Assembly: GCA_051942245.1 (NCBI GenBank)
Contig: JAVECL010000024.1
Location: 1 to 64,000, forward strand
Reading direction: 5' to 3'
DNA length: 64,000 bases
Source: Trypethelium eluteriae
Taxonomy: Eukaryota
The notes beneath the pieces were generated by a model that searched no databases, was not told where the DNA came from, and saw only the letters and a list, made by a program, of their open reading frames with translations. Position 1 is the first letter of the stretch. The number at the start of each line of letters is the position of its first letter. Below are positions 46,999 to 58,741 of this stretch, one piece after another. A program made the translations under genes and the position numbers.

Positions 46999-49992
46999 AT
47001 GGACGGCCATACGAATGGGCAGAATAGCCCAAAGCGACGAAAACTAGATCATGACGAAGATGGAGAGCAACCACAATTCTCCATTCGACGGCGGGGAAAG
47101 CCTCGTACGCAGCAGCTCCGCGATTCCTCTTCTGCCTCTCGAAACGGCTCAAACGTCAAAAGGGCTACCACACCCGCACAGACCGCGCTCGAAGGCACTG
47201 AACGTGACTTCTTTGATGACGAAGATGCAGCAGCACTCGACCGCGACTGGTACGGCGGCGAAGAAAACGGACATGTCCTTGGTGACGACTCACACAACCC
47301 GTTTGGTGGCGCCGAAAGCAGTTGGCTCGATGCTCAGCGTGAGGCCGCCTTGGCCGAGAAGAAAAAAAATAGAGGCCTTCTCAACCATCGCCAAGCACAG
47401 AAGCAGAAGGATAACGATGCATGGGAGACCAACCGTATGCTTACGAGTGGCGTCGCGCAGTGGAGAGACTATGCCGCCGAAAATGATTTCGCCGACGATG
47501 ACGAAGGCACACGGGTACATATTCTTGTGCATGATCTCAAGCCGCCTTTCCTAGATGGCAGGACTATTTTCACGAAGCAATTGGATCCGGTCCCGGCGGT
47601 GAGGGACCCGCAGAGTGACATGGCGGTTTTCTCGCGGAAAGGGAGCAAGGTTGTAAAGGAAAAGCGGCAGCAAAAGGAGCGGCAGAAACAGGCGCAGGAG
47701 GCGACAAGTGCGAAAGGAACAATTTTAGGGAATATTATCGGGGCCAATGAGGACGATACCGATGCGGCGGGACCGGCGCCAGAGGGAGAAGGCACGCAGA
47801 AGGGCAAGGGCAACAAGTTCTCAGACCATGAGCCGAAGAAGAGTAAGGGACAAAGCGCCTTTTCGAGGAGCAAGACCTTGCGAGAGCAAAGGGAATACCT
47901 CCCTGCTTTTGCGGTCAGGGAGGAGCTGATGAGAGTAATTCGAGAAAATCAAGTTGTTGTTGTTGTTGGTCAAACGGGATCAGGGAAGACCACGCAACTA
48001 ACACAGTTTCTTTATGAGGACGGCTACGCGGAACAAGGCTTGATTGGTTGTACGCAGCCACGAAGAGTGGCAGCAATGAGCGTGGCCAGACGTGTGAGTG
48101 AAGAGATGGAAGTGAAGCTTGGCGGCTTAGTCGGATATGCAATTCGATTTGAGGATTGCACGAGTCTAGAGACGAAGATCAAGTATATGACTGATGGTGT
48201 TCTCCTCAGAGAGACCTTGACTGAGCAGGATCTGGACAAATATTCTTGCATTATCATGGACGAAGCGCATGAGAGGGCACTGAATACAGACGTGCTGATG
48301 GGCCTCATCAAAAAGATTCTGGCTCGACGGAGGGATTTGAAATTGATCGTCACGTCAGCGACCATGAACTCTGAGCGATTTTCGAATTTCTATGGAGGAG
48401 CGCCTGAGTTCGTTATCCCTGGACGGACCTTCCCAGTCGACATACAATACTCGCGATCGCCCTGTGAAGACTACGTGGAGAGTGCAGTCAAGCAAGTCCT
48501 TGCCATCCACGTTTCCCAGGGTGCAGGGGATGTGCTGGTATTCATGACCGGACAAGAAGACATTGACATCACTTGTGAGATGATCCAAGAAAGACTCTCG
48601 TGGCTCAATGATCCTGCTCCAATGATTGTCCTTCCCATCTATAGTCAAATGCCCGCCGACCTTCAATCCCGAATTTTCGACCAGGCACCGCCGGGCGTCC
48701 GCAAAGTTGTGGTTGCTACAAATATTGCTGAAACCAGCTTGACAGTAGATGGCATTATGTACGTTGTCGATTGTGGCTTCTCCAAATTGAAGGTCTACAA
48801 TCCCAAAATGGGCATGGATACCTTGCAGATCACACCAGTCTCACAAGCCAATGCCTCCCAACGAGCGGGTCGTGCCGGGCGAACAGGGCCAGGGAAAGCA
48901 TTCCATCTCTACACAGAGCGTGCATTTCGAGACGAGTTCTATATTCAGACCATCCCAGAAATTCAACGCACCAACCTCGCCAACACGGTATTACTTCTCA
49001 AATCCCTCGGCGTTAAGAATCTCCTCGAGTTCGACTTCATGGACCCGCCCCCTCAAGATGTCATTTCAACTTCGCTGTTCGACCTCTGGGCTCTCGGCGC
49101 TATCGACAATCTGGGTGAACTTACGGACCTGGGCCTCCGCATGACATCCTTTCCCATGGACCCACCCCTCGCCAAACTCCTCATCACGAGCGTCGAGAAC
49201 CACTGTAGTGAAGAAATGCTCACCATCGTTAGCATGCTCAGCGTCCCCAGTGTCTTCTACCGCCCGAAGGAGCGACAGGAGGAATCTGATGCCGCGCGCG
49301 AGAAGTTCTTTGTTCCGGAGTCGGACCATCTGACTCTGCTGCATGTGTTTAGCCAGTGGAAGATGAACGGGTATAGCGATGGATGGTGTGTCAAGCACTT
49401 TTTGCATCCGAAGAGTTTGCGAAGGGCCCAGGAGATTCGGCAGCAGCTCGGTGATATTATGACGAAGAAGGAGATGGAGCTGGTGAGCTGTGGTACCGAC
49501 TGGGATATCTTGCGACGATGTATCTGCGCGGGCTTCTACCACCAGGCGGCGAAGGTCAAGGGGATTGGCGAATACATTAATCTACGCACAAGTGTGACGA
49601 TTCAGTTGCATCCTACCTCGGCATTGTATGGGTTGGGATATTTGCCTGACTACGTAGTGTATCATGAACTTATCCTCACCTCGAAGGAGTACATGAGCTG
49701 TGTGACCGCGGTAGATCCGCACTGGCTGGCAGATCTGGGTGGGGTATTTTATTCCATCAAGGAGAAAGGGTATAGTGCACGGGATAAGCGCGTGACGGAG
49801 ATGGAATTTAATCGGAAGACCGAGCTGGAGGCGCAGATGCGCGAGGACCAAGAGAGGGAGGCAAGAAGGCTGCAGATGGAGGAAGAAATGAAGAACAAGA
49901 AGCAGGGAACCGAGGCAACAAACGGACTCAAAATTTTGAAACGGGGAGCGGTGGCTAGGCCTGTGGTGAAGAGGAATCGCAGGGGTTTCTAA
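46999..49992 (+). CDS. PRP16: Pre-mRNA splicing DEAH-box helicase Prp16
   Basis: [33 protein letters not shown]; Prp16-type N-terminus ([24 protein letters not shown]); intronless, 997 aa. Confidence 0.95.
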   Translation: MDGHTNGQNSPKRRKLDHDEDGEQPQFSIRRRGKPRTQQLRDSSSASRNGSNVKRATTPAQTALEGTERDFFDDEDAAALDRDWYGGEENGHVLGDDSHNPFGGAESSWLDAQREAALAEKKKNRGLLNHRQAQKQKDNDAWETNRMLTSGVAQWRDYAAENDFADDDEGTRVHILVHDLKPPFLDGRTIFTKQLDPVPAVRDPQSDMAVFSRKGSKVVKEKRQQKERQKQAQEATSAKGTILGNIIGANEDDTDAAGPAPEGEGTQKGKGNKFSDHEPKKSKGQSAFSRSKTLREQREYLPAFAVREELMRVIRENQVVVVVGQTGSGKTTQLTQFLYEDGYAEQGLIGCTQPRRVAAMSVARRVSEEMEVKLGGLVGYAIRFEDCTSLETKIKYMTDGVLLRETLTEQDLDKYSCIIMDEAHERALNTDVLMGLIKKILARRRDLKLIVTSATMNSERFSNFYGGAPEFVIPGRTFPVDIQYSRSPCEDYVESAVKQVLAIHVSQGAGDVLVFMTGQEDIDITCEMIQERLSWLNDPAPMIVLPIYSQMPADLQSRIFDQAPPGVRKVVVATNIAETSLTVDGIMYVVDCGFSKLKVYNPKMGMDTLQITPVSQANASQRAGRAGRTGPGKAFHLYTERAFRDEFYIQTIPEIQRTNLANTVLLLKSLGVKNLLEFDFMDPPPQDVISTSLFDLWALGAIDNLGELTDLGLRMTSFPMDPPLAKLLITSVENHCSEEMLTIVSMLSVPSVFYRPKERQEESDAAREKFFVPESDHLTLLHVFSQWKMNGYSDGWCVKHFLHPKSLRRAQEIRQQLGDIMTKKEMELVSCGTDWDILRRCICAGFYHQAAKVKGIGEYINLRTSVTIQLHPTSALYGLGYLPDYVVYHELILTSKEYMSCVTAVDPHWLADLGGVFYSIKEKGYSARDKRVTEMEFNRKTELEAQMREDQEREARRLQMEEEMKNKKQGTEATNGLKILKRGAVARPVVKRNRRGF

Positions 49993-50407
49993 GAAAAAGG
50001 TCTAGGTGAAGCCATAGATCTAGGGCCGGCTTCTGTTTTGACTGCTTTGGATCATTTTGAAAATTTCGCAATTACGTAGATCTAGAGACTCTGTATATAC
50101 TTGAAAGGGCACACCTCCCAGCTGATGGTGTAGCACCATGCACACATTGTCCACAGTGGATATATACGATAACGGCATGATATTTGATACATACGCTCAA
50201 GAAGCAAAACCGTGTACGTAATGGAGAAAGCATGGACTTCAGTAAGGTATGTACATGAACAACAGGGAGGAGGATGCTGACGCTAGAATCGATCTGCAAT
50301 GTTATATGCCTTGATGTAATCATCCACCAACGCCATGCTTCGGAACCGTTTCCATGCTTGACTGCAATTGCAGCAAGGTGTGCAAAAAGATGAAGGAGGA
50401 AAGAGGG

Positions 50408-52380
50408 TTACAACTCGTCAAAGTTAGGATAAAAGTCAAGTTTCCACCGCCTGGGTCCAACAGGGATGCCGAGAAAATTGTCCCACAGACGACCCAGTTC
50501 ATGGGCTGAAATCTGGATCCTAAATACAAGCATGGATGTTAGCTAAGAAAAGTAGGTGTAAGACTACCGAATTTGGTCACAACTCACATTTTCCCTGGCA
50601 GCGCGGCCCAGCTTGAGAGTACGAAGCCAAAAGCTTTCCAAACCCGGCGCCACTCCTCCCAGAATATCTCAGATATGTCCAGTTCCTCTTCATCATCTTC
50701 TGTCTCATCGAATCCTAAGTCTTCGTCAAACCCGTCGTCCACGTCTACTACCTCCACCTCCCTAGTGGCCGCCTCGTCAATCTTCTCAACAACCTGGCCG
50801 CCCATAGGCTTACCCTCCTTGTCTCTCCTCTCAATCATCGCCTCGAAGTCCGCGATCGCTGACAAACTTGCACTGATCTTATCTAAGGTATTCACCAGCG
50901 CCACCAGCTCCGTCCTCCTAAGAGGGGGATTCGTGTCCTTGCCACCCTCTCCCTCCTCGAACTCGAAGAGGACTTTTAGTGCCGTGCCCAACCCACTCGT
51001 CTGTAGCTTACCCCACAGCCGACACTTGTCGCAACCCACACAGTCCATGATGCGACTGACATTCCGAAATCGGTTTTTGAAGTCGTCTTTTAGCGCGATC
51101 GCGGTCGCATCGCTGGCGGGAAACATGATGCTCTCATCAAACACCTTCTTTGCGCCATTTGGAATGTTCTGCGCCAGATACGTCACCATGTCCTTCGTCT
51201 GCGCATCCAGTTCCAGGTCGCCCGAGCAGAATGTATACGACTGCAGATGATGCCGCAGTTTCCCGAACGCTCGCAGCAACAGTGCATAATTGAAGTAGAG
51301 GTTCGATATGCGCTCCGGATGTGAGTGTAGTCGCTGCTCGTAGCAGGTCAGATTCGGGCCCCAGGTGCCCGTGGACTGGTTGAGGTAGGAGTGGCAGAGG
51401 TGAGTGGAGATGCTTGCGTGCATGCCGCTAATGACGCGGTAGAAGACGCGCTTCTCGAGGCACTCCTCGGTCTCGTAGATGTCGAAGCCATCGTCCAGCG
51501 CTGCGGGACTATCAGGGCCGTGAATTGCTAGGGCTTGTTGGCGGCCGTGTTCCCGCATGACGCTGCGGAGATCTTGAGCGGCTTGGGCTTGGTTGCCCAT
51601 GATCAGATTATTGGAGGGGGGAGAGCCAGAGGATGAGGCGTGGGGAGAGGGCTTGGAGAAACAATTCTCCCGGTAGATAGCTTCCCAGACTTGGTGTGCG
51701 GAAGGACCCGAGTATCCAGTGAAGCGCTCGGGGTTGTCTACAAGGCTGACGTAGTCGCCCTTGGCGGTCGCGGATTCATCTTCGGGGACGCAATAGTCCC
51801 TCTCATCGCACTCATCGTCATATTCTACCACGCAGCTCTCGCCCACGTTTTCCCCTAAGCTACCCTGCAATGGTCGTTGCTGGCGTTCTTTCTGCTGCTT
51901 CTTTCCTGGATGTTCTGCTTTCGGGCCCTCTAATTTTCCCAACTCTTCTGCTCGCCATATGAGCGGTATATCCTGCTCGTCCTCAATGGTATTGACTGCA
52001 CATGCAATGTTGCCACACATGCCCGCCTCGTCTGACCAGAAAGGACATTTCTTATTATAGAGGTTCAGTCTGTAGTAGGAAAAGAAGTCGGTCTCGTGTG
52101 TCAAAGAATGTATATATGGTTGGAGATCATTGTTTAGTTGGTCGAGGGTTCCGTACGATGCGCAGGCGTCGGAGACAATGGCTCGGGGTTCAATCTGGAG
52201 TTGCCGGTATTTAGGATGGATGGGTTTAGTGGAAGATTTATATCTGAGTCTTACTGCGCAGACATCTGCTCGAGCAGTCTTCGGCTTGGTAGCATTCACG
52301 GATCTCCCATTGCTCGCATGCCCAGTTGTGGCAAGTAGCCCAAAAACAGCGAGATAGAAAAGTTTCGCAGCTTTCCGCAT
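50408..52380 (-). CDS. ERO1: ER oxidoreductin 1; 3 exons
   Basis: Signal peptide MRKAAKLFYLAVFGLLATTGHA, CGNIAC, NPERFTGY, SGMHASISTH, MDCVGCDKCRLWGK; introns 52195..52254 and about 50520..50587; last exon ends ...YPNFDEL*. Confidence 0.93.
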
Positions 52381-54998
52381 GCTTGCACCTTTTGAAGCCT
52401 TCGAAGATGTCAGCGCATTCTCTTCATGGTGTTTTCGAGAGAACAGTATTGTGCGAGAGGAAATCTGGCGTGATATACCTACCCTTGACGACTTTTGTTT
52501 TAAGCAAATGATGCTGAGATGAGACCACCTAGCAGAGGCGTGAAACAGTATGTGCTTAGAAATGAAGAAAAAGTAGCCAGACCAGAAACAGTGGTCATAT
52601 CCAGCCACATCGGGGGTATCTTTCATGTACAAAATTGGAGTGAATGAAAGATGATTATCTCCTTTCTCTCTTATTCATGAGTCTACAATAAAGACAGATT
52701 TCCGTACGGAAAGCGGATAACGGAGCCCTCCGCATAATTTAGGTAGACCATGGAAAAATCAGGGGTCTGTGCCACACGAACGTCACGCCAATGTGGCGCA
52801 ACAATGTGGTACGGAATAGTGCTGTCCCAGTCATTACGCCCCCTCCTGCTAACTAATGTCCATGGCATTTTGAACTCTAAGCTTGATTACAATTGAAGCT
52901 GCAATGTCAAAGCGTTCGTTCCCAAGAACTGCCTTCGTTTCATCTCCTGGTCTGATATTTGGCCTGAAGCGGTTACCCTGCGCTCCTTTTCACGTGACCT
53001 TACTGAATCCCTCACCCGCTTGGGCTTTGCACCTCAACGACAGCCTCTGCATCCGTCACCACCACGCGTCAATCCATCGCTGGAGGGTACCTCTTGACCG
53101 CTGAAGCCTCGTTCTATTTGTGCGGAAATCACTTCTAGTCTACGAGACGTGCCTCCTCACTCCCCCGATGCGGCACCCGTCCAAACCCGGGCACATGAGC
53201 GAATGAGCCTCAATCCGCTTCGCCATCAGTGCGCGTATCGACGGAAGACCAGCGCTGTCCGAAACTGCTGTCTTGGATTATAAAGTCTGTGGATGAATGA
53301 TCGTGGGATAGGAAAAGATGGATACGCCATAGTAGAGCACTCGAACTACACACCCGGTCCGTTTTGGCAGATGGATTGGAACGTGGACTACTCAAGAAAA
53401 GACCAAAAAATCGATCGTATCGTAGAAATGGACGGCATGTTCAATAATTTAGCCGTTTTGGCTAGCATATACAGAGATTGCGGGGTCAGTTGATCGGGAG
53501 AATTTAGGAAACAAGACGAAAACCAGCCACTGCATTAGGCCATAAGGCTTTGTATCGTGATGAAGACTAGCATCATCTGGATACGTAGGTACGTCCAGGG
53601 CACGTTGGGTCCATTATGCGTCACATACAGGACACTTCTCATCTTTCGCCAATCCGCCTTCTTATCGACGTCTTGTGAAGAATTTTCCCTTTTTTCTCCG
53701 TCAAGTGTCGAAATTTTCATTTGCGTATCTGAATTCGCTCAGTTGTTTATTGTTTTCGATTGAGAACGTCGAAGTCATTAAGCTCATATTTCACACAAAA
53801 ACTCCCTCCTTGAAATTTCCTCTAATACGCAAGTGCGTTCCTTTTACGTGCTTTTCGAGACTGATATAAGGGACGAGCATTTCGGGGTTGCTTGATCGTG
53901 GAACCGCTAGAACGGGAATTCGATGCTACTCTTTCAGGACCGCCGAATTTTGGTAGTGGTCTTGCAAACCCGCCACCTCTGTAGCAAATACGTCGAGGAG
54001 AATCCTTGGTAAGGTCCAGAACCCAGTTGTTGTTATTTGGCAGGAGAGGCCGATACTGACCATTTCGCACAGGAAGCACCTATCAAATTGTGCGGTGTTG
54101 GTCAAAGCTATGATAAGATGCGGCGGGGATGCTTGGGAGCAGCCCTATCAGGTCCAATGGCCGATTCAGAGACTGCTTGATTCTGGATGAAACGCATTCA
54201 ATTAGCAAAGGGAACAGGGACAGCTCAACGATGAAGATTCTGGGCAGTGAGCGTGAGCCTGGGGCCGACCGAGGCACAGTCCCAAGCCACTTGGCACGTT
54301 GCGCCCGTGGGGTACGACGCGAGCTCCAGCGATCAACGGCTTCAACGCTGACCAGAAGGACGGGCAATGGGACTGAGATGCGTCAGTTCTCCTTGCGAGT
54401 TCAGATCAGCCTCACTGGCCATGCCACGGCCTCGGCCGGGCAAGACGTGGATGGCACGCGGACGGAGCGAATCCAGGACTGCGTTGTCGGTCGGCAGGGG
54501 TGGGTCCGGCCGCTGCTGCTGTGAGCCCGCGTTCCTCCTCTTTGACCGACACCCCCTCATCGATACTTTGCTTGTCTCCATCACTCCAAGATACTCCTCA
54601 ATTCAATTTCACCGTCTTCGATTTGTCAAAGACTCGATCCTGACGATTCAGTGAGGTGGCTGGGCCAATCGTGACTGTCCGGGCCTTGTGTTTGGCATCC
54701 TCCACCCTCCCCAACAGGGTTAGGCGGTCCGTGCAGGCCTTTCCGTCAAAGTTCTCTCCGCCTCTTCCTGCTCTTCCCTCCCCTTCACCTCTCCGCTAGC
54801 TCAGCACCAATCTTCCTGTGGCATCTCCACGGCATCAATTTCATCAACTTGCATCATTCTGATCATCTCCCCATCCCTTCCCGCAACCACATTCACGCGC
54901 GCACCGCGCATTTCGCTGGGATCGCGCCGCTAGCCAGTCCAAAACGCGTCACACAGCCAGCACAGTGACTTTCACCAACTACAAATTACCCGCTCGTC

Positions 54999-56872
54999 AT
55001 GGCTGATGGCAACAATGTCATCGCTATTGCGCCCACTGCTGAGGTAGTTCGGCCCTGACGAGTGCGCAGGGCTTCGTGCTGTACTGACTACCTACAGAAA
55101 CCCGCTGACGTGAAGGATACCGATGTAGTAACTGATTCGGCTGAAGCGGCAGTCAATCCCGCATGTGAGTTGTAGATCAGCATACTTCCAATACACTCAA
55201 ACTACACAATACTAACATCGATCATCTTGTTTAGCCACCGATCCTGCCGCTCTTGAAGACGCAGACACTGGCGCTGAAGCCGACACGAACGAGCAAGAGA
55301 AGGCTCAAGATACCAATATGTCTGATGACAAGGCCAACGCTCCCGGTGAGGAGACTGCTACTCCTCAAGCAGAGTCGGCAGCTGGTGCTAAGGCAACCCC
55401 AGCGTCTGCAAACAAGAAAGAGAAGCGAAAGTCAAGTGGAGGCGTGCCTGAGCACAAGACCAAGAAGCTCAACAGCAAGAAGTCTAAGCCAGACCTACAC
55501 CTCGACATCCAGGCAGGTGAATTCTGGTGGGCTCGTATGAAAGGCTATCCACCTTGGCCTGCTGTCGTCTGCGATGAGGAGATGTTACCCGAAACACTCC
55601 TCAAGAACAGACCTGTTAGTGCTGCACGCACTGATGGCTCTTATCGCGAAGACTTCTTGGAAGGCAATAAGAACGCCAAGGAGCGTACTTACCCTATCAT
55701 GTACTTGGGTACCAATGAATTGTCAGTCTCACATATTCATTCAAGGCCATGTCGGCCTCTAGCTGTCGACGAGGCTAACATTTACATCTAGTTCCTGGAT
55801 CAAGAATACCGATTTAAGCAAGATCGACCTGGAGCAGATCAAAAAGGAAGAACAAGGCAAGAAGCCGAAGCACCTTTGGAACGCCTATGAGATATGTGCT
55901 GAGGAGCACGACCTTCAACACTTCAAGGATGTTCTTCGTGAGCACGAGAAAGCCATGAGCCGTGACGCAGAAGAACGTAATCGGAAAGAGGCAGAAAAGG
56001 AGGAGAAGGCGGCAAAGAAGGCGGAGCGCGCCGAGAAGGCTGAAAAGCGTAAGTCCAAAGGCAAAGCTGAAGATGAGGATGAGGAGATGGAGGAAACAGA
56101 ACCGAAGCCAAAGACACCTGCTTCTAAGAAACGCAAAAGCCGCGGTGAGCCTGATGCCGAAGACGAGAAGGTAAACATTTCGCCCTTGCAACCATTTGGA
56201 GGTCCAAATCCGAATAAGCTGACTGGTATATAGCCTGCCAAGACTCCCAAGATTAGTACGAAGCTGAAGCTTGGTTCCAAGCAAACTCCTAATGGTGAAT
56301 CTTCCACCACAAAATCTGGCAATAAAAACCGGAAGGTTGTCACGAAGCCCTCTTCTGATGATGACACTGAGAACAAAGAGGGCGAGAAGCCTCTTACCGA
56401 GGCCGAGAAACTCGAAAAGCGTCGCAAGACTGTGCTCTACCTACGCCATCGCCTGCAGAAGGGCTTCCTGGCGCGCGAGGCACCGCCGAAGGAAGAGGAA
56501 ATGGAAACCATGAACGACTTCTTCACGCAGCTTGAGAGCTACGCCGACCTAGAGCTGAGTATTCTCAAGGCAACAAAGATTCACAAGGTGCTCAAAGCCA
56601 TTCTCAAGTTGTCCTCTATTCCCAAGGAGGATGAATATCACTTCATGGATAGGAGCAATCGGTTGCTACAGGGTTGGAATAAGGTGCTTGTGGGTGACGA
56701 AAAGGAAGACGATGTCGATGAGAAGGCGGAGGGTGCGGTGAATGGGGAGAAAGGGGAGGCAGTGACGGGGTCCACTGGTAAGGAGGACGGGGAGAAGGCC
56801 GAGGGAGACGGCGACGTGGAGATGAAGGAGGCGAAGGAGGATGCTGGTGAGGGAGAAGCTACTGCCGCGTAA
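54999..56872 (+). CDS. PWWP-domain chromatin protein with C-terminal helical domain; multi-exon
   Basis: WARMKGYPPWPAVVCDEEMLP, YPIMYLGTNEF, VLYLRHRLQKGFL, TKIHKVLKAILKL; several short GT-AG introns. Confidence 0.88.
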
Positions 56873-58741
56873 AGGCGAGACTGAACTTGCGTCCGGATGG
56901 CGGACTCCTGGATGTCTGATAGGAACTGACCGGCAGTCTACTGACTCCGACTTCTGAAGCTCCCAGAAGGCATTTCTGCTTTGACTTTAGTATATTCGGT
57001 GAAGCTGTGTATACATATTACCAGTAATGAAATGAGACTTTCAGTGGCAAATTACTCTATCTACTTAACCCCAGCGGAATGTTGTGCCTTGGCAGCCAAC
57101 CCGATTATATTCGCGAGAAACAGGGTTGAAATATCATCTAAAGTTTACGGACTGTTAATTGAAGGTAAGTATTCAAGTCCAACAAAGTCGAGATGGGTGA
57201 TATTATAATGCAACGGACTTTAAGTTGATAATTTCGTATTATGCAAGCCATGCCCAGCCGAGAAGCCTTTCCCCAGTGCGACTGCATCAACTGGACGCCA
57301 CTGGTTCACGCCAGTTACAAGACAACCTTTATACCTCACCGGGACTCTCTATGTGGGTATTACTACTCCAGGTCAAGCAAAACTTTCTAAGTCTGCTCTT
57401 CTTGGTAGTTAATGTCTTATCCGTTCGACGAAGCTGAAGATAGTTGCTTAGTCCGTTCTGTGAGACGACTGCTATATCTATGTTTGTTAAATTCTTATAG
57501 CTATTATTACTATCACATCAGCCCATACAAGGCCTACCCTGTTTGCAAGGCTTTTCTCAGCCTGAGCTGATGCTTAAGTGAGCAGATACTTGTCGTTCCT
57601 CTCAGTGTTGCTCAGTAAGCAGAAGTTGCTCTTGTTCAGTTTCGATACAATTTAGCGATGAGGATGACATTCATCCTCTACTGAAAGGATTTATCTGGTG
57701 AACGAGTCCAGGCAGTAATTAGTAAGTTTAGACACTGTCATATGTGATAGCGCTCGCGAGCTTCTGTGACAGCAAAGATCAATTTTTGGAAGCAGCGATT
57801 GCGAGTTCCTCGTGGAGGGCCTGGAGGCTGTTTATCGCTAGAGGTATCTAATTTCGCGTCTTAGAGCCGACGATGATAACACTGACGCTCTTATATCTGG
57901 CTTAAACTAACTAATAGAATTTATTAAATAGCTAATTAATGACTTAAGAATCATTCTTTGACGAGCAGTACGACTATCCAACAATACACACTCATCACTT
58001 ACCAGCAAGGCCCCTAAAAATTTTCTGGGAGAAAAACAAATCGGCAAAGCATCGCAGATACACGGTGCGCATAGACTGCGAAGGATATACCAACGACACG
58101 ATGATCTGTTGGAAAAACTTCGGCCAAGAGGGTGAAAATCATGGGACCCATTCCCAATGAATGGACGAAGAATGAAGATACAGGTGAAAAAGATGATGAT
58201 CTGGGTAGGGACAATGTTACGGACTGGAATCAAGAGGCTGAGGCCGGTAGCTAGCATTGACAACGTGAGAAAAGGCAGTGTAATACGTCATAGCCATCGT
58301 CGCCTTTTGTATTGAAAAGATAGTATGCAGCGAATGGAAGAATAGAATTTGACAGACCAAGGTCACCGAGGCCCTAACTGAAGAGCAGTGGCTCGAGAGA
58401 ATCTAATAGTCTACAGCGTAGCAAACTCCTCGCTATACTGAATGGGGTAACTGGGGGCGAAGGCGACCGCCATGCTTCGACCTGTCTGCCTGTCGACCTT
58501 CGGTACCAAGTACCCAATATATGCTTGTTAATTATAATGGATACAAAATCTGTCGAACCTCGAGCTTTCAACCCTAAAAATTTGTCAGCTTGTACGGTTC
58601 TTCCGCCGAGGAGATTTCTACATTTGTTAAAAAATCTCATTGGCCTAACGGCAAATCAATTACTACCATTGGGTATCATCAATGTAAAGATACAGACATG
58701 TTTCAAAGCAGAAATATGCGAACATCGAAGCACAATAGCCC

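Noticed and set aside
52381..52632. N-terminal extension of ERO1 shown in the ORF track
   Set aside because: The signal peptide starts at ATG 52380; the upstream open frame is probably incidental
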